Assembly: GCF_009914755.1 (NCBI RefSeq) | Contig: NC_060933.1 | Origin: the human T2T-CHM13v2.0 reference genome, Homo sapiens | Reading direction: 5' to 3' (one strand) | Length of the DNA: 64,000 bases | Part shown: positions 1 through 14,249 of the stretch, piece by piece | Layout: each line of letters begins with the position of its first letter | Numbering within the stretch: the first letter of the stretch is position 1 | Made by a program: the position numbers and the translations under genes | The notes under the pieces: generated by a model | What the model saw: only the letters and a program-made list of their open reading frames with translations | Told to the model about the DNA's origin: nothing | Databases searched by the model: none

Positions 1-3000
1 TCATTGTAACCTCACAGGGTTTTTGTCACATTTGGAATTCATTAATCTGAGTTTTGAGAAGAACTCAGTTGACTTCACTCCTTGGTAGAGCAAAGAGAAA
101 AATAAACGAGAAGACGATATAATATTAAAGAACTGGAACCTTTGCCCTTTGCCTTCTTAATCTGGCCTACATTTCTCAAGGCTCTAAGCAATTACCAAAT
201 GACGGAGTTGTCTAAAATCAATTCTGCTTACTTTGTGTAACTACCAAAAATCAGATATGAAGACTGGTGCCTGACCTGGTCCAGAGATTAATGAGTTTGC
301 TGAGCAACGAAGTCTAACTACCTGGTTACACATTTTTCTTGGCACAGTCAACAGCCAGGACCAAAAGGATGTGTGAAGGCTACGGTCTAAAATGGTTACA
401 GGAAATACTGAGATTGGTGCAAGTGGTATCAAAAGACCAGATGGGAGGCTATCCAAATGACCTATAGAATGCTATGCCAGAAACCCAAGTTCATCTGAAT
501 GCCAGGTAAAAATACGCTTGTGGGCTAACATAAGAATTGCCATCTCAAACAAGGTACTTTCTAAATAAATCAGCTAAAACTAAGACAAGATATTGCTGCT
601 TAAAAAAATCTTAATTAAAAGTGTAATATTAGATCTGTAAAGCTCATTATAAAGACTAAAACTGGTGTGCCTGGGGTACAAAGAGGGAAGAGTGTTAGAC
701 AGATGTACTTAGATACAATTTCAATTTTTTCTGGGCTTAATTACACTTAAATATTGGGCCAATTAATCTTCCTGATTAACTTCCTGAGGGCACCCTAGCT
801 TGACCCCATCTCTCGGTGTCAAACTTCACTTTGACTAACCTAGGAAGCTGGGAAACCCAATCTGAGCCACCTTTGGTCACGTATAAATGCAAAATGAAAG
901 AGGTCATTCTAAAGTCGTGAAACTGAGAGACTGCTGCTCAGAGTGGCTTCTCTTGAAATTCAAGAGAAGATGGCTTGGAAGTGGTAACACACACCCAACA
1001 ACAGGTAGCAATTGGGGCACAGGTGAAGAAGGCTGGAAAGATGTCAGTGTCTTTGATAAGCATCCTGTGTGGTGACAGTTCAACAGTTCTCCTGTTTGGG
1101 GCAGGAATAAAGGTTCTTAAAAACATCTTAACACACAGAAACAAATGTCCTCTTTGTCACTGAGTCTGTGCTGTAGATACAGTCAGGTCATATAATGAAA
1201 CTATTCATTTGCCTTGGGAATATGAACTGAGCTTCTTCCTACTCATCTCATCCATTCTGAAGGTCAGGACAAGATTAAGATCTCCCTGAAATGAATCAAC
1301 TCCTGGCTAGAGGTGCACCGATAATTTTCAAAATGGTTTAATTACTTCAGTTTCTGAGGCCCTCAGAGTTGTTTTTTTCTTTCTGAACCATCAACATACA
1401 TATTTATGTACCAAACAGAAAAAAGCATTAAAAAAAACAAATTCTATTATGGAAGGCAGAAAACAGACACTATGAAATAGTTGCCAGACAGCTATTATTT
1501 AGGATTGAGTGCCTAGATACCAAGTATTGTGGTACTTCAAGACTTTGAGGTTGCATCACATGGACTTTTAAAAGGGTGTAATTTTGAATCATAACTCCGC
1601 ATTATTTTGGCTTTCACATCACCATCCCAGACAGTAAAAAAACAGTGATTATTTTCTTAAATATAAGACTGAACACTATAGTGTTTAAGTTTAGATTAGT
1701 AAAATTGAACTTTTCCACTTCTAATTAATGTCTATTTCTCATTAACATATCTGGTTATAACTAGAAAGTTACATACTGATGGTGAAAGGAAAATGTACAT
1801 ATGTGCATGGTACAGGATAAGTGTGGTAGGAAGCCAAGGGCATTAAAAGAGAGGCAATAGGTACAGAGCATTTTATAATTTGTTGAGATATAAATACAGA
1901 CACAAGCACTTTCTTAAAATAAAAAAGCAGTGATACATTTTCTGAAAGTCTAAAAAATTTTACATTAGACTTTACAATAGATTAATTTGTCATTTTGTTT
2001 AATTATCAGGAGGTAAATCACTAAGATCATTGGTTCTCAGATTTAATGGAACAAATATTTTGCAAGTTGAAGCTAGGTGCTTTACTGCTAAAATTAAATA
2101 AAAGCAGGCATTTTCCAATTCATACACAAGTTAATGGATACAGCTTTCTAAATTATAAGCATTTTTTTCTCATAAATTTGTCTTAAGCCATTAGTGCAGG
2201 CAATTGTTTATCTTGTCTTCTCAAGGTGGTATCTGATTTGCCTATAATATACAATTAAGGTTGTCATAGCAATACTTCATCGTGTTCTGTTAAAAGCACC
2301 ATGACTCCTAGATGTTCTTTCCCTTAAAGAAGTTACAAGACAATAGACTAATACTATTGATCTATTGGCAGATGGGTAATTTCAAGCTGTGAAATAAAGA
2401 GAAAGACCAGGCATGCTTCCCCTGGGCCTCAAACAGAAATGAGGACACTGGATGTGGTCCGTGGAAATGTAGGGCATTGCATGCAAGGCAATGTGGATGT
2501 CGTTGGCTGTCTTTTCAAAGGATGACGTTCTAGTGAGTGATACACAATTAACTTCGAGACTTTTCGGGAAGTCAGTGCTGTCATTAGTTGTGCCTTATGT
2601 GTCTCCAAAAAGAAACTTGATTTTTACCTACTTGCTTTGCCTTTGAAACCTAGATTGTAAGGGTTTGAAATGATCATAAATTCTATTCACTTAATAAAAA
2701 TTCTGTCAGTCATTTTAACAAATATTTACTGAGTGCCTACCAATGATAGCACTGAAACCTAGATATTCCACATTTGATTCCTTAGAGATTGGTTTTAATG
2801 TTTCATTATATCGTTTTTCTTGGCTTTCCTGAGAAGAACAAGAAGTTGCTAGTTTTTAGACTCAACTGTAATTTTGCCATGTCCTAACAGCTGCAGAAAA
2901 AAACACACATACCAAAACATATTAACAAAGAATTACAAATATTAGCTAAAGGCAAGAGAAATGCCATGGAAGACTTTGCATTATCAGCATGCTGCTTGAT

Positions 3001-4413
3001 TACTACTTTTAAAAACAGTCCATTAATGTTTAAAAAATTAAAGAAGACTAGGATAAAGGAATGCTAAACTGATTCTGGGTACAGCCATAAAAGGCTGTTT
3101 TCAGGAGCACATGAAGACAAGCAAAAGATGAGATTAAATTAGAAATGGGATATTCATGCTATAGGTATAAAATGATTTACTGAGATATTTGGTATTACAT
3201 AACTTAGGAATGAAATCAAAGTTGAAAAATCTTGGAAATTTCACAGACTATTAGACTGGATGACTTTAATCTAGAGAAATCCTTTTTATTTTCATGGCTT
3301 CTCTAACTTCTTCACTCAGCAAATCACTGAACATAAAATCCATTTGTGGTGTGTCAAAAGAACTTGACCTAAAGTTGAGCGCAAAGTGAAGAGACTCAGC
3401 CTCACATCTTCTCCAGAGTTCATCTAAAATTATTGGAAGCAATAAAATAAGAGATAGTAAAAGAGAGGGCAAACACGAAATGTTGGGAATTTACATGGGC
3501 TCTATTTAGAAAAGGTAAGGAAGAATAAAGAAAAAGAATCTTTAAAATTTAAGACTTTTTCGAATGTTAGCAATCCTAAATCTTGTTAAGTGTGTGGCTT
3601 GAAGGACAAGGCACATTATGAAAAAGAGAGAATCAATAATTGGGGTCATAATTTTTTAAATCAATACAACTATTTTAGTGTTTGTGGAAGTTCTGTTAAG
3701 ATATGAGAGTAGGAAAATAATTCAAATTTTTTAAGTGTACTTAGATATATAAATACTTCTATCCAGTGATGGCATTTGGTGAGTGTAGGCAGAAAAGGCT
3801 CACATCCCTTATGAAGAGGAACTACCCCATTCATAATTCCTATGACTGAGCCAGCCACGTTGTGTAGCAGGCTGGAGGTGGTTGGACCAGAGGTGGTATA
3901 TATGACCAAAGGGCTGCCTATGCGAGAAACCTATAATGAGGACTGGTCCAAAAGGAGAACTGGGCCCATCAGTTTCTCTCTTGGGAACTGGAACTGGGAT
4001 AGGTAAAGACTGCTACAATTAACGGTGGGAGGTGAAGCTGAAAGGTCATGAAGTAGAGACAGATGATGGTACCCATACAACTCTCTCTAAGACAAGTCTA
4101 TGGTAAGAGAAAAACGAGTAAAAAAAAGATAAAGTGAAAAAGACTCTCAGAGGGGAGCAGGGAAGCATTGAGCATAGTCATAAAGAAAATGACAGGTGAG
4201 GAAAAGAGCATACCCTTAAAGCTGCTTTGGTTCCTGACATCATCTGGTCCCAGGCCTTACAAATTCTTACACTGGACCCCTTCTCCTCAAGGTAGCCAGG
4301 GCAAGCATCTGATCCATAAAATAGAGCTAACCAGAATAGCTTATATAATAAAGCACTGCTGGAAAGCCTGAGCAGAGAAATGTGTCCTCATTTATTGAAA
4401 GCAACTGCAGCAT

Positions 4414-4458
4414 TGTGTGTGTGTGTGTGTGTGCGTGTGTGTCTGTGTGTGTGTGTGT
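4414..4458. repeat. (TG)n microsatellite
   Basis: Direct reading. Confidence 0.95.
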
Positions 4459-4509
4459 TTACACCTTAAAAGCTGACTCCTTGGAAGTACTTTGTATATG
4501 AAACAGAAC

Positions 4510-5900
4510 AAATGATAATTGCTATGACAGATATTCAACAAATGTGTTATATGTGCAAGGTTTTGTACTAGATACTGTGAAGATAAAAATATACAGAGAA
4601 GACATGCACTCTATCTTCAAACAATACTTAGAGGAGGATCTCTTTTTTCTCCCTCACAACCACGAATAAGCTGAAGAATAAATTCTGCCCTTTAAACACG
4701 GCAGGTGCACAATGATGTTTTACAGAAACAAATGCTTTATATGATTGAATCACATACAATGCTTTTGGGACACATAGGAAAAAAACAATTTTATTTAAGA
4801 GGATCAGGGAAGATTTCATCAAAGAAATGTAATCTTCACTGGGCATTATGGGATGGGCAGTTCTTCAGTAAAAAGAGAAACATGGAAAAATACACAAAAT
4901 GGCATGACGATGTAAATGTGTGTTAGATTTTTAGAACAGTCTGCTTTGGTTAGGGCACAGGTACCTGGGAGATGCAAGAGGAAAAATGGTTTGGTGCAAA
5001 TTTGTGGAGCACATTAATTATAAGGCTAAGGAGTTATGACTTTATTAAGTAAAACAGCAAGACACTAAGATCATCAAATGTATGTTTTAGGAGGATAACT
5101 CTAGCAGACATGGAAAACAGGTTCAGATTGGGAGAAAGGCAGGAAATAGAGGCTGGGAGATGAATTAGAAGATTTTAAGCTGGCTGCTTGTGAGCTGGGT
5201 ATGAACAAAGGCAATGGCAGCAGTAATGGGAAGCAGTGACTACCTGAGAGACACTGCAGAGATGTAGTCAACAGGATTTGACACATGATTAGATGGGGGG
5301 AGGAGGTGTGAGAGTAGGTGAGAAAAAAAATGAAAGGTAACATTCAGGTTCCCAATGTGAATGCTTGGCAAAGCTTTTAACCAAGATAAGACAAGAAGCC
5401 ATTTAGATTGCAGTAGGATTCTGGTTTTCTAAGGATTGAGTTTGTGGTACAAATGGCACAGCCATTTGGGGGGATTTAAAAAGCAGCTAGAAAATGCAAA
5501 ACTGCAGTAAAGCAGAGAAGTCTGGACTAAAAATGTTAGGTAGCACATCTTCAGTGTGTGTAAGAGCTGAAAACCAAATGGTAGATACAGATGCCCTAGG
5601 AAGAAAGAGAAATCAAGATTTAAAAGATTGGAAAACTATTGAAAATCTGCTTTAAGAGGAAGGGTGAATTCAGTGACTAGTCAGAGAGAAGACTGAGAAG
5701 ACAGTTGTTAGAAATGTGATGAATAAGAGTAGTGCCATGAACATCAAAAAGGGAGCCTTGAGGGAACTAATGGTCAACAATGCGAGTGACTACTGGGTTC
5801 GCTGATGATTCAGTCATGAACACCTCACCTTTGGAAGCAGCAGTTCCAATCTAATTATGAGAACAGAGGATAGATTGTAACGGGTCATGAAGAAACAGAT
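4510..5900 (-). mobile_element. L2 fragment(s)
   Basis: attcaacaaat... L2 3'-end signature followed by purine-rich decayed L2 body; boundaries approximate. Confidence 0.6.
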
Positions 5901-6311
5901 GCAATAAATATTAGCTCTTTTTGCTAGAAGTTAGGGCACAAAGAGAATATGATGGATGGGCCAGTAACAAAGAGGAGTGACAGCATCCAGGGAAGTTTAA
6001 TTTTTAGATACACGAGAGGGCAGAAGTGAATAAACCTGTGGAGAGAATGTGAATATCCAAGAAAAAAGTTTTGTTTCATGAGACAGTGACATTAAATCCT
6101 TCAATGGCCCCTCATCTAACTTATGATATTACTTGTACTTTTCATAAGGCTTAGGAGACCTGTGTTGGGCCCCGTCCGTGTATTGCGCACCCCATTTCCT
6201 CTTTTCACCGCTATTCTCAACACTCCAGACATGTCAGTTGTTGATGTGCCAAGATTTCTAGCTTCACAGCTCTCACATATGCTGTCTGGGATACTCTTCC
6301 CCTGCCCCGCG

Positions 6312-6344
<33 letters not shown>

Positions 6345-8057
6345 GCCTGAACTTAAATAATATTTCTTCCTTAAAGTGGTTTTCCTTTACCACTTCCTGT
6401 CTAAATTAGGTGTCTTTGTTATGTTTCCATACACAAACAAGAAAGTCCTTCGCCATAATAATCAAACTTGCAATGGTTATCTTTTTTCTTAGACTGCAAG
6501 TCATAGAAAGGTACGGACTATGTATGGTACATGGGAGGTGCTGAATAAATACTGAATGATGAATAAATAACTGAAAAAATCTAGGTCATGGCACAGGAAG
6601 TCAGGAAAAGGCTTTCTGTGCTTCTAATAAAACTGCTAGAACTTTTATATTCAATTCAGGTAATGATGCAGAGAAGAGTTATCTAATTCAAAATAATTAT
6701 AAGCACCATGTAATAACTTTGAATGTGTTACATTTAGGGAAATATGCATCTATAGACTCTAATATTTCAATTTTAATATATGGGCTTTCTCTTATTATTG
6801 GATTTGTGACCTTACCGCCAATTATATTTGCTTCCTTTGTTTTTTTTACCTCTTTTTCATTCTCAAGTACCGATTGTTTTTTCAAGTACACTAGACCTGG
6901 ATCTCCTTCCCAAGATTACCTCTGTCTCTCCAAGATCCTGCAATAGCTCAACACAATTTTTTATGACAAGTCTCCAAAGTCCAATATTTGAGTTTCTTAT
7001 ACACGTTTTACAAATCAGGAAAGGTTTGCAAGAAGAAAGGCAGGTGAGAAAACACAGGCAGGGATCATTCTGGGTCACACAAATTCCATGAATGCTCTTC
7101 TATAAAAACTTTCAATGGCCAAGTAATTAACTTGGAATCAGCAAGTCAAATCACTCATTTTTTTGCAAAGTTAAGCAATTAGATAGAACATATTTCCAAA
7201 GAATGCAAACCACGAAGGTGGCTTGCTTCCAAGTAACTACATCATTTTCCTGTAATGCCATCCCAGTTGGTTTCCTCATGCATGCTTGATGATTCTCCTC
7301 ACTATGCATCTTTTTGGACTTCCAGATTTTGACTCCTAAACTTATCAAATTAACTTTATTGACAGAAAGGGTTTCTGCTTTTGTTGGATACATGTAGATT
7401 ATGTGCCTGCTCAGACAGTGTAAACTGCCACTCTTTGGTAATCTTATCTTCAAATAAGGACACACACCTGCCCTGATACTTACTCAAATACTTACTCAGA
7501 TTGACTAATGAACTTATAATGAACTTTCTTATCATTTACCAACTGGGCTTTGCTCTCAAGGACATAAAAACTATGATCTTTACATCTGGGACATATCAGT
7601 AATTCTTAACAGTAAAAATATATGACCATGTATGCAGTTCATGGGCAAAGTCCATTAACACTCACTTAAAACTAATATTTTCTTCATCCAAGAGTAATAA
7701 CTAAACATACTTCTTAAACTGAACCATGCATTCAAGAAACCTTAGGTAACATCTAACGTGTTATCTATAAAGTCTCCCCCAGCTACGCGACAGGAGGATC
7801 TTGCTTACCCACATTCCAATTAGATTTCCCAAAGTTTGGCTACTTGAGCAGCACTTTCACAATTTTTGTCATATTCCTTGACTATAAATGCCTTAACATT
7901 TTATTTAAATTAATTTTAAAAATCTTAAAACAAATTTACTTTTAAAAGGAGATGCTGTGTATTTTTCTAATGTATATTAATATACAAAACATTATATAGA
8001 AATAAGAACATCATGTAGGTTTCAGTGAAAACTAAAAGTACTTTGGTTTTAATGCTT

Positions 8058-8190
8058 TGGTTTTGTTTGTTTTACAAGACAGGGTCTTGCTATGTTACTC
8101 AGGCTGGCCTTAATTCCTGGGATGCAGCCATCCTCCCACCTCAGCCTCCCAAGTAGCTGGGATTATAGGTGCATGCCACTGTTCCTCGCT
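8058..8190 (-). mobile_element. Alu monomer (FLAM-like)
   Basis: Single ~120-bp Alu arm agacagggtcttgctatgtt...cctcagcctcccaagtagctggg. Confidence 0.85.
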
Positions 8191-9642
8191 TTAATATGGT
8201 TTTGAGACAAGTATTGATTCAGTAGGAAATCCATTCTAGTGGATCCAGCCAGTCTGCCCTACCTTTCTGCTTCTGCATTCCTAGATGAGATACCTGAAAG
8301 GGGATGGACTCAACAACACAAATCTCCTATCAGTCTAGCTGCTACAAATACAATGGTAAACGATTAAAATCCTACAAATTAAAACAGTATAGCCAGGCTT
8401 AGAATAAAATATTTTAATTTTTTAAAAATTTTAATCATTTCAAAAGCAAACTTTTGTAGGAGTGAAAGGAAAAACGGAGGGTTGAAAAGAATTTATAAGC
8501 CATATCTTAGAACTTTTATTTGTACAGCTTCTTACCATTCTCAAAGCAGTTTTATATACCTTACCTGATTTGAGTCTCATAATAAGCCAATAACATAAAA
8601 AGCAAGTATATGAGTCATAGAATAATTATCATTTTATTTCTAGGCTTTTAGATAGAGTAAGAGAAGCAGGACCTTTCCTCAAGATAAAACTAAAATACCA
8701 CGTTTCTTCTGTTTTTGACTGGAATTATTTAGCAAATAAGTGCTTCAGGTTGGATGAGAACAAAGGTTATCTGCCTTCTATCCAGAACTCTGCTTTTTTT
8801 CTCACATTTAAGTTAGACAAAAACAACATAAAACAATAAAACACTGAAATAAATTTAAATACAATTACTAAAAAAACCCAACTTTTTTTATAAATTGTCT
8901 TCCAATTTGCTTACATAGTTTTCACAGCTGTATTTTGCTTTTCCCTCTTTTCTAATACACCATATAATCTCTTCTACTATTACCCCCAATTTACAAATAA
9001 GAAAACAGATTAAACGATCTGCCCCAACTCATGTACATGGTTACAAAATGGCAGAAATGGGACTAGGACCCAGATCTTTGTGCATTTCATTCTGACACTC
9101 CTACTACTACACTACACTACCTCATAAAGGAAAAGACATCTCAAATTTTTTAAAATCTGCAAAAATAAGAAATAGCTCAAGATATGATCCTTTAGTTTAC
9201 AGAAAGACTTATCACAGTAAGAGTCCTAAAAATCTTGAAAATTCCTTCTGCATAATTCGACCTAGTCTGTAGCCGAAAAGAGCTCATATATCATTTACAA
9301 TTTGACAAAAATCCTAGAGAAAGAATATTTAGAGGTAAAGGATTTGGGTCAGTATCAAGGCAATCAGAAAAGAAAAGAAAACATCTTGAAAATTATAATA
9401 TGAGCCAATGGAGAAAAAAAGCATTGAAGTTAAAAACTCTGTGGAAGCGTATCACCATCACCCCATACATGGTGCAGTGAGTGCTCCTGTGAATAGTTAT
9501 AAGGCTGTTTATGTAAGGCTCAGTGTAAGAAGGACAATTACAAAGCCTTTTTCCAGTTTTTCATAAGCACAGATACAGTCGGAAAGCAGGCTGCATTTAA
9601 GACCACGACCAAGTTCTATACTGGGAATTGTATAAGACTTAG

Positions 9643-10175
<533 letters not shown>

Positions 10176-11794
10176 CTTCAAGAAGTTATTGGACACTTCA
10201 GAATATTAATTATTATTTTAGTCTCTTACACTGATGTTCCTAAATCTGAAGTTTTAGGGGTTTGGGTTTCTCCCCACAAACATTGTTCACTTCGAATCAA
10301 AAAAGAAGCTTCAGGTGTTTAGTAATTAGAGTAAAACACGTTTCAGCTATGGAGGATGGCGCTTGGCAAGCAATGTTCATTTCCACACATGGAACCCAGC
10401 TCATCAACTACATTGAGGTCAAGGGGGCACTGGATATGTCTGTAACTGATGTAGATGAGGGTACATGGAACTCTGCAAAAGGCAAAAGAAGCCCAAATAA
10501 ACTGATGAAACAAGTTTTTAAAACTAAGTTATAGGTAAAATAAATAAACCAGTTCTTGTAATAAACTGTATGTCCTGGCCAATTGACCCTGCAACAAATT
10601 ACCATTAATATAACGAATGGATAAGGCACTGTGAATCTAATTTTCAGCTAAAGCTGTTTTGTGAGTTCTTAAAAGCCTTCATAGGCAAGATCAGCTTGTA
10701 CAATGATGTCTTTAAACAAATTATCCTTATATAAAGAGATGCTTATAAAAGTTGTAGACTAAAACTACCTCACTTTTGTGCTACACATTTTTGTTAAATT
10801 AGCAGCTTAGTTTAATATACTCCAAGAGGCATGAAATGAAGGTATAATGTGATCTTTCTGTATGTTTTAATACCCTGAGTAATAATAAATAATGACAATC
10901 GAGAATAGTGACTGCTACTTTATTTCTTGGAAAAGCATTAAAATTAACATGAAATTTTATTTATTAAAAGCAAAGCTTTTTATTAAAACTTCAATGCTTA
11001 AAAACATGAAACATCAAACAGTATTTATTAAACATTAGTATTTATTAAACATTAAAATACAATTGTATTTACTGAACATTCTTACTCTTTAAAGTGAATG
11101 TGTAAAAACCACTTTTAAAAGAGATCTACAGATAATGAGTAACTCCAGAAACAAAGGAAGATGAGGAATGTGAACTAACCAGGAGAAGAACTTGAGATCC
11201 TTGACAATTAACTCCTTGGTCTCTCAAGATTTCTATCTTTACAAAGAATTCTACATGTACTATCGTTCTGGCATAGAATTTCCACACATTTCACATAAAA
11301 TCCCTTGTCTCTAACTAAAGAAAACTTTTTTCTTAGTAGTGAAATAAATGTGTTGAGTGTCTACTGGTATGCATATATCAAGAATTTTAGAGACACTAAA
11401 TTTTTAGACATGTGATAAGAATCATCTGACTAAAATACCTTATTTCCTTATCTTGAGGGTCCTATGGAGTCACTATTATTACTCTAATTTTACATTTGTG
11501 TAAACTGTGGCTCAGAGGTTAAATGACTTAAGAACGCACCAGTAATGAGATTTGACCATAAGTTTTACTTTGAAGCTCATGCTTTTCCCAATAAAATATG
11601 CTGACTTCCACAAGTCTATGGATCCAATGACACATTTACTGTGACTGCTTTAAAGAGTTAGGTTTGCAGGCCCAGAACTCAACATTATCTGTTTATTTCT
11701 TTATTATTAGTTTTGTGCCAGGGATTTCACCAAAGACATTTATAATGCAAAAACTATAATTATTTGATATCTCTTTTGCATCAGGGTAGAGTTT

Positions 11795-12135
11795 CAAAAA
11801 TATGTATTGAGAACCTACTATGTGTCACACTCTAAGGATACAGTGGTTATCCCTAACAAGGTCCCTAACCCTCAAGAAGCTTACATGGTAGTGCGGGAGA
11901 AAAGACACTAAGCAAGTAAACAAATACGTTTCAGGGAGCACCAATGTTTCTGAAAAAGCAGAGTAATGGGATAAAGGGTGACTGAAGTGCTGGAGTATTT
12001 TAGATAGCATGGTCACAGAAGGCTTCTCTGAGGAGATGATATCCTCGCTGAGGCCCAAATGATGAGAGAAAGGTAGGCAAGCTAAGAGGCAAGAACATCC
12101 TAGGTGTGTCCAAGGAATAGCCATACAGGCCAATG
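11795..12135 (-). mobile_element. L2 3' fragment immediately downstream of miR-31
   Basis: aaatatgtattgagaacctactatgtgtc...gtccctaaccctcaagaagcttaca...gaaggcttctctgaggag. Confidence 0.7.
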
Positions 12136-12300
12136 TGGCTAGCATGGAGTGAATTCATGGTAGGACACAATACATAGCAGGACAGGAAGTAAGGAAGGTG
12201 AGAAAGGCCATGTCATGGAAATCCACATCCAAGGAAGGGCGCACATACACAGCAATACACGAAGGACTGGCATGCAGGTGGCCATGGCTGCTGTCAGACA

Positions 12301-12371
12301 GGAAAGATGGCAATATGTTGGCATAGCAGGTTCCCAGTTCAACAGCTATGCCAGCATCTTGCCTCCTCTCC
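12301..12371 (-). ncRNA. MIR31: pre-miR-31 hairpin (miR-31-5p 12344-12364; miR-31-3p 12307-12328)
   Basis: Reverse complement reads GGAGAGGAGGCAAGATGCTGGCATAGCTGTTGAACTGGGAACCTGCTATGCCAACATATTGCCATCTTTCC. It contains the known mature miR-31-5p AGGCAAGAUGCUGGCAUAGCU and 3p UGCUAUGCCAACAUAUUGCCAU, and the arms pair. Confidence 0.99.
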
Positions 12372-12883
12372 AGTTCCAAGTTACAGGAGAATACTATGAC
12401 TCTTCAGTGTTTTACTTTTCCAAAATTTTTCCTTTCACCTGAGGGAGGGAAAACACACTCATTAATTGAAAGCGCACTTATTTCTGATCATAACAACATA
12501 GTCTTCCTTAGAGTGTCCGCTTTTGAAGATGTAGTTAGGCACAGGAGGTTTGTGGGTAGTTCCATTTTTTTAATGGTCTTTGATCTAAAATGAACCTCGA
12601 GAATGTTTATGGACTACTTGTGAAACCACAGGGATGAAATTGTGACAAAAATTTTATTAAATCAATAATGTCTAAAGTTGATGACAGTTAATTATAGGCT
12701 ATTACCACCATATTTATAGTCCACAAAATATCCCAGTGACTCTCAGTACAATTTTATTTTTACTCTAATAACTTTACTTGGTCAATTTCTGCCACTCAGA
12801 TGTATTTAAACAATAACAAACTGTGGCTCAGCAGTGTGTAGTTAGTTCACTGCTTTATGTGCTCTTAAAAATAATGTTATTTT

Positions 12884-13180
12884 TGGATTTTTTTAAAGAC
12901 ATTCTTGCTCTGTCATCCAGGATACAGTGCAGTGGTGCGACCATAGCTCACTGCAGCCTCAATCTCCCAGGCTCAGGTGAATCCTCCCACCCTAGCCTCT
13001 CAAGCAACTGGGACTACAGGTGTGTGCCATCACTCTTTTTTTTTTTTTTTTTGTATTTTTAGTAGAGACAAGGTCTCGCTATGTTGCCCAGGCTGGTCTC
13101 AAACCCTTAAACTCAAGCCATACTCCTGCCTCCACTTCCCAAAGTGTTTGGATTACAGGCATGAGCCACCATGCCCTGCC
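12884..13180 (-). mobile_element. AluJ
   Basis: Diverged dimeric Alu with expanded middle T tract, flanked by AAAAATAATG-like repeats at ~12867 and 13181. Confidence 0.92.
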
Positions 13181-13199
13181 AAAAATAATGCTCTTTTGA

Positions 13200-13450
13200 G
13201 CCAAAAATTCCCAGCTAGAAACTTATTTCACAAGTACATTTGCAAAAGTACCACTAAGTTCTAGGTCCAAGGATGTTCACTGCAACATTGTTTTTAATAG
13301 TAAAAGATTGGAGACAACTTGAACACTCATCAGTATGATTGATACAGGCTAAATAAATAATATAGTTATACAACAGAATATTTGGTGGTCCTTACAAAAC
13401 AGTAAGGCATAAGAATAATGACATTATGTATAACTTTTGTGCAAGTGAAA
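13200..13450 (+). mobile_element. Ancient L1ME-like fragment
   Basis: caaggatgttcactgcaacattgtttttaatagtaaaagattggagacaac. Confidence 0.6.
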
Positions 13451-14249
13451 ATGTATACACAGACACATACCTGGAGGGCATACATACATGTTTTTTATTA
13501 AAGGATAAATGAGCAATTTATTATTTTAAATAAAAAAATTGGATAGGATTATAAATTATGTTTGCTTTCCTCTTTAATATGTCTCTATTAAAAAACTAGT
13601 AAGTAATACGTATTATTTACCCAAAATGGAGTGTAAGGTAACCTATAAAGGTAAAACATTTTGTTATATAGTGCTACCAAGGTATAGATAAGGAAGAAGC
13701 ATACTCTTTTAAATGTGATTCTAGTATCAATTGCCTTTGCCAGAAACAAAAGTCCAGCATTACCTAAGCCTGGTACTAGATATACACATATGCAGTCACC
13801 CACGCATATACAGTATGTGGTGTCTGTTCTTGTGAGGGTAGGAACTTATGAGTGTTCTATTGCACAAAAGCCTGTAACATCTTGTCCTGAGGTAACTTGT
13901 GGAAGAGGTACTAATTGACTTCCTAGGATACAATTCAACTTAATTGCATGATCTATTAATGTAAGGGTATTTAGGAATTTGGGGATCATTAAGTACAGAG
14001 CATTGAATCAAAATTAATGGCAAATGCAAAACAGGTTAGGTAACAAAATTCTGAATTGAGAAGATTTAACTGAATAAAGCTTCTCCAATAAACTCATTAT
14101 TTTAAAAAATATTACTAATATCTGATATTCATAATTAAGAGGCAGGTACAAGCTGCATCATTTTAGAAGGTATATGGTACATATTTGAAAACAGTAATTT
14201 CTTGTGACTTTTTTCAGTTCCATTTTGCACATAAAAATTTCAGATTCAA

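Noticed and set aside
1-4400. Type I interferon gene (IFNE lies within MIR31HG by recall)
   Set aside because: No interferon-like ORF in the track; it would fall outside the left edge of this window.
11825-12145. 106-aa minus-strand ORF next to miR-31
   Set aside because: Lies almost entirely in a decayed L2 fragment; no recognisable family.
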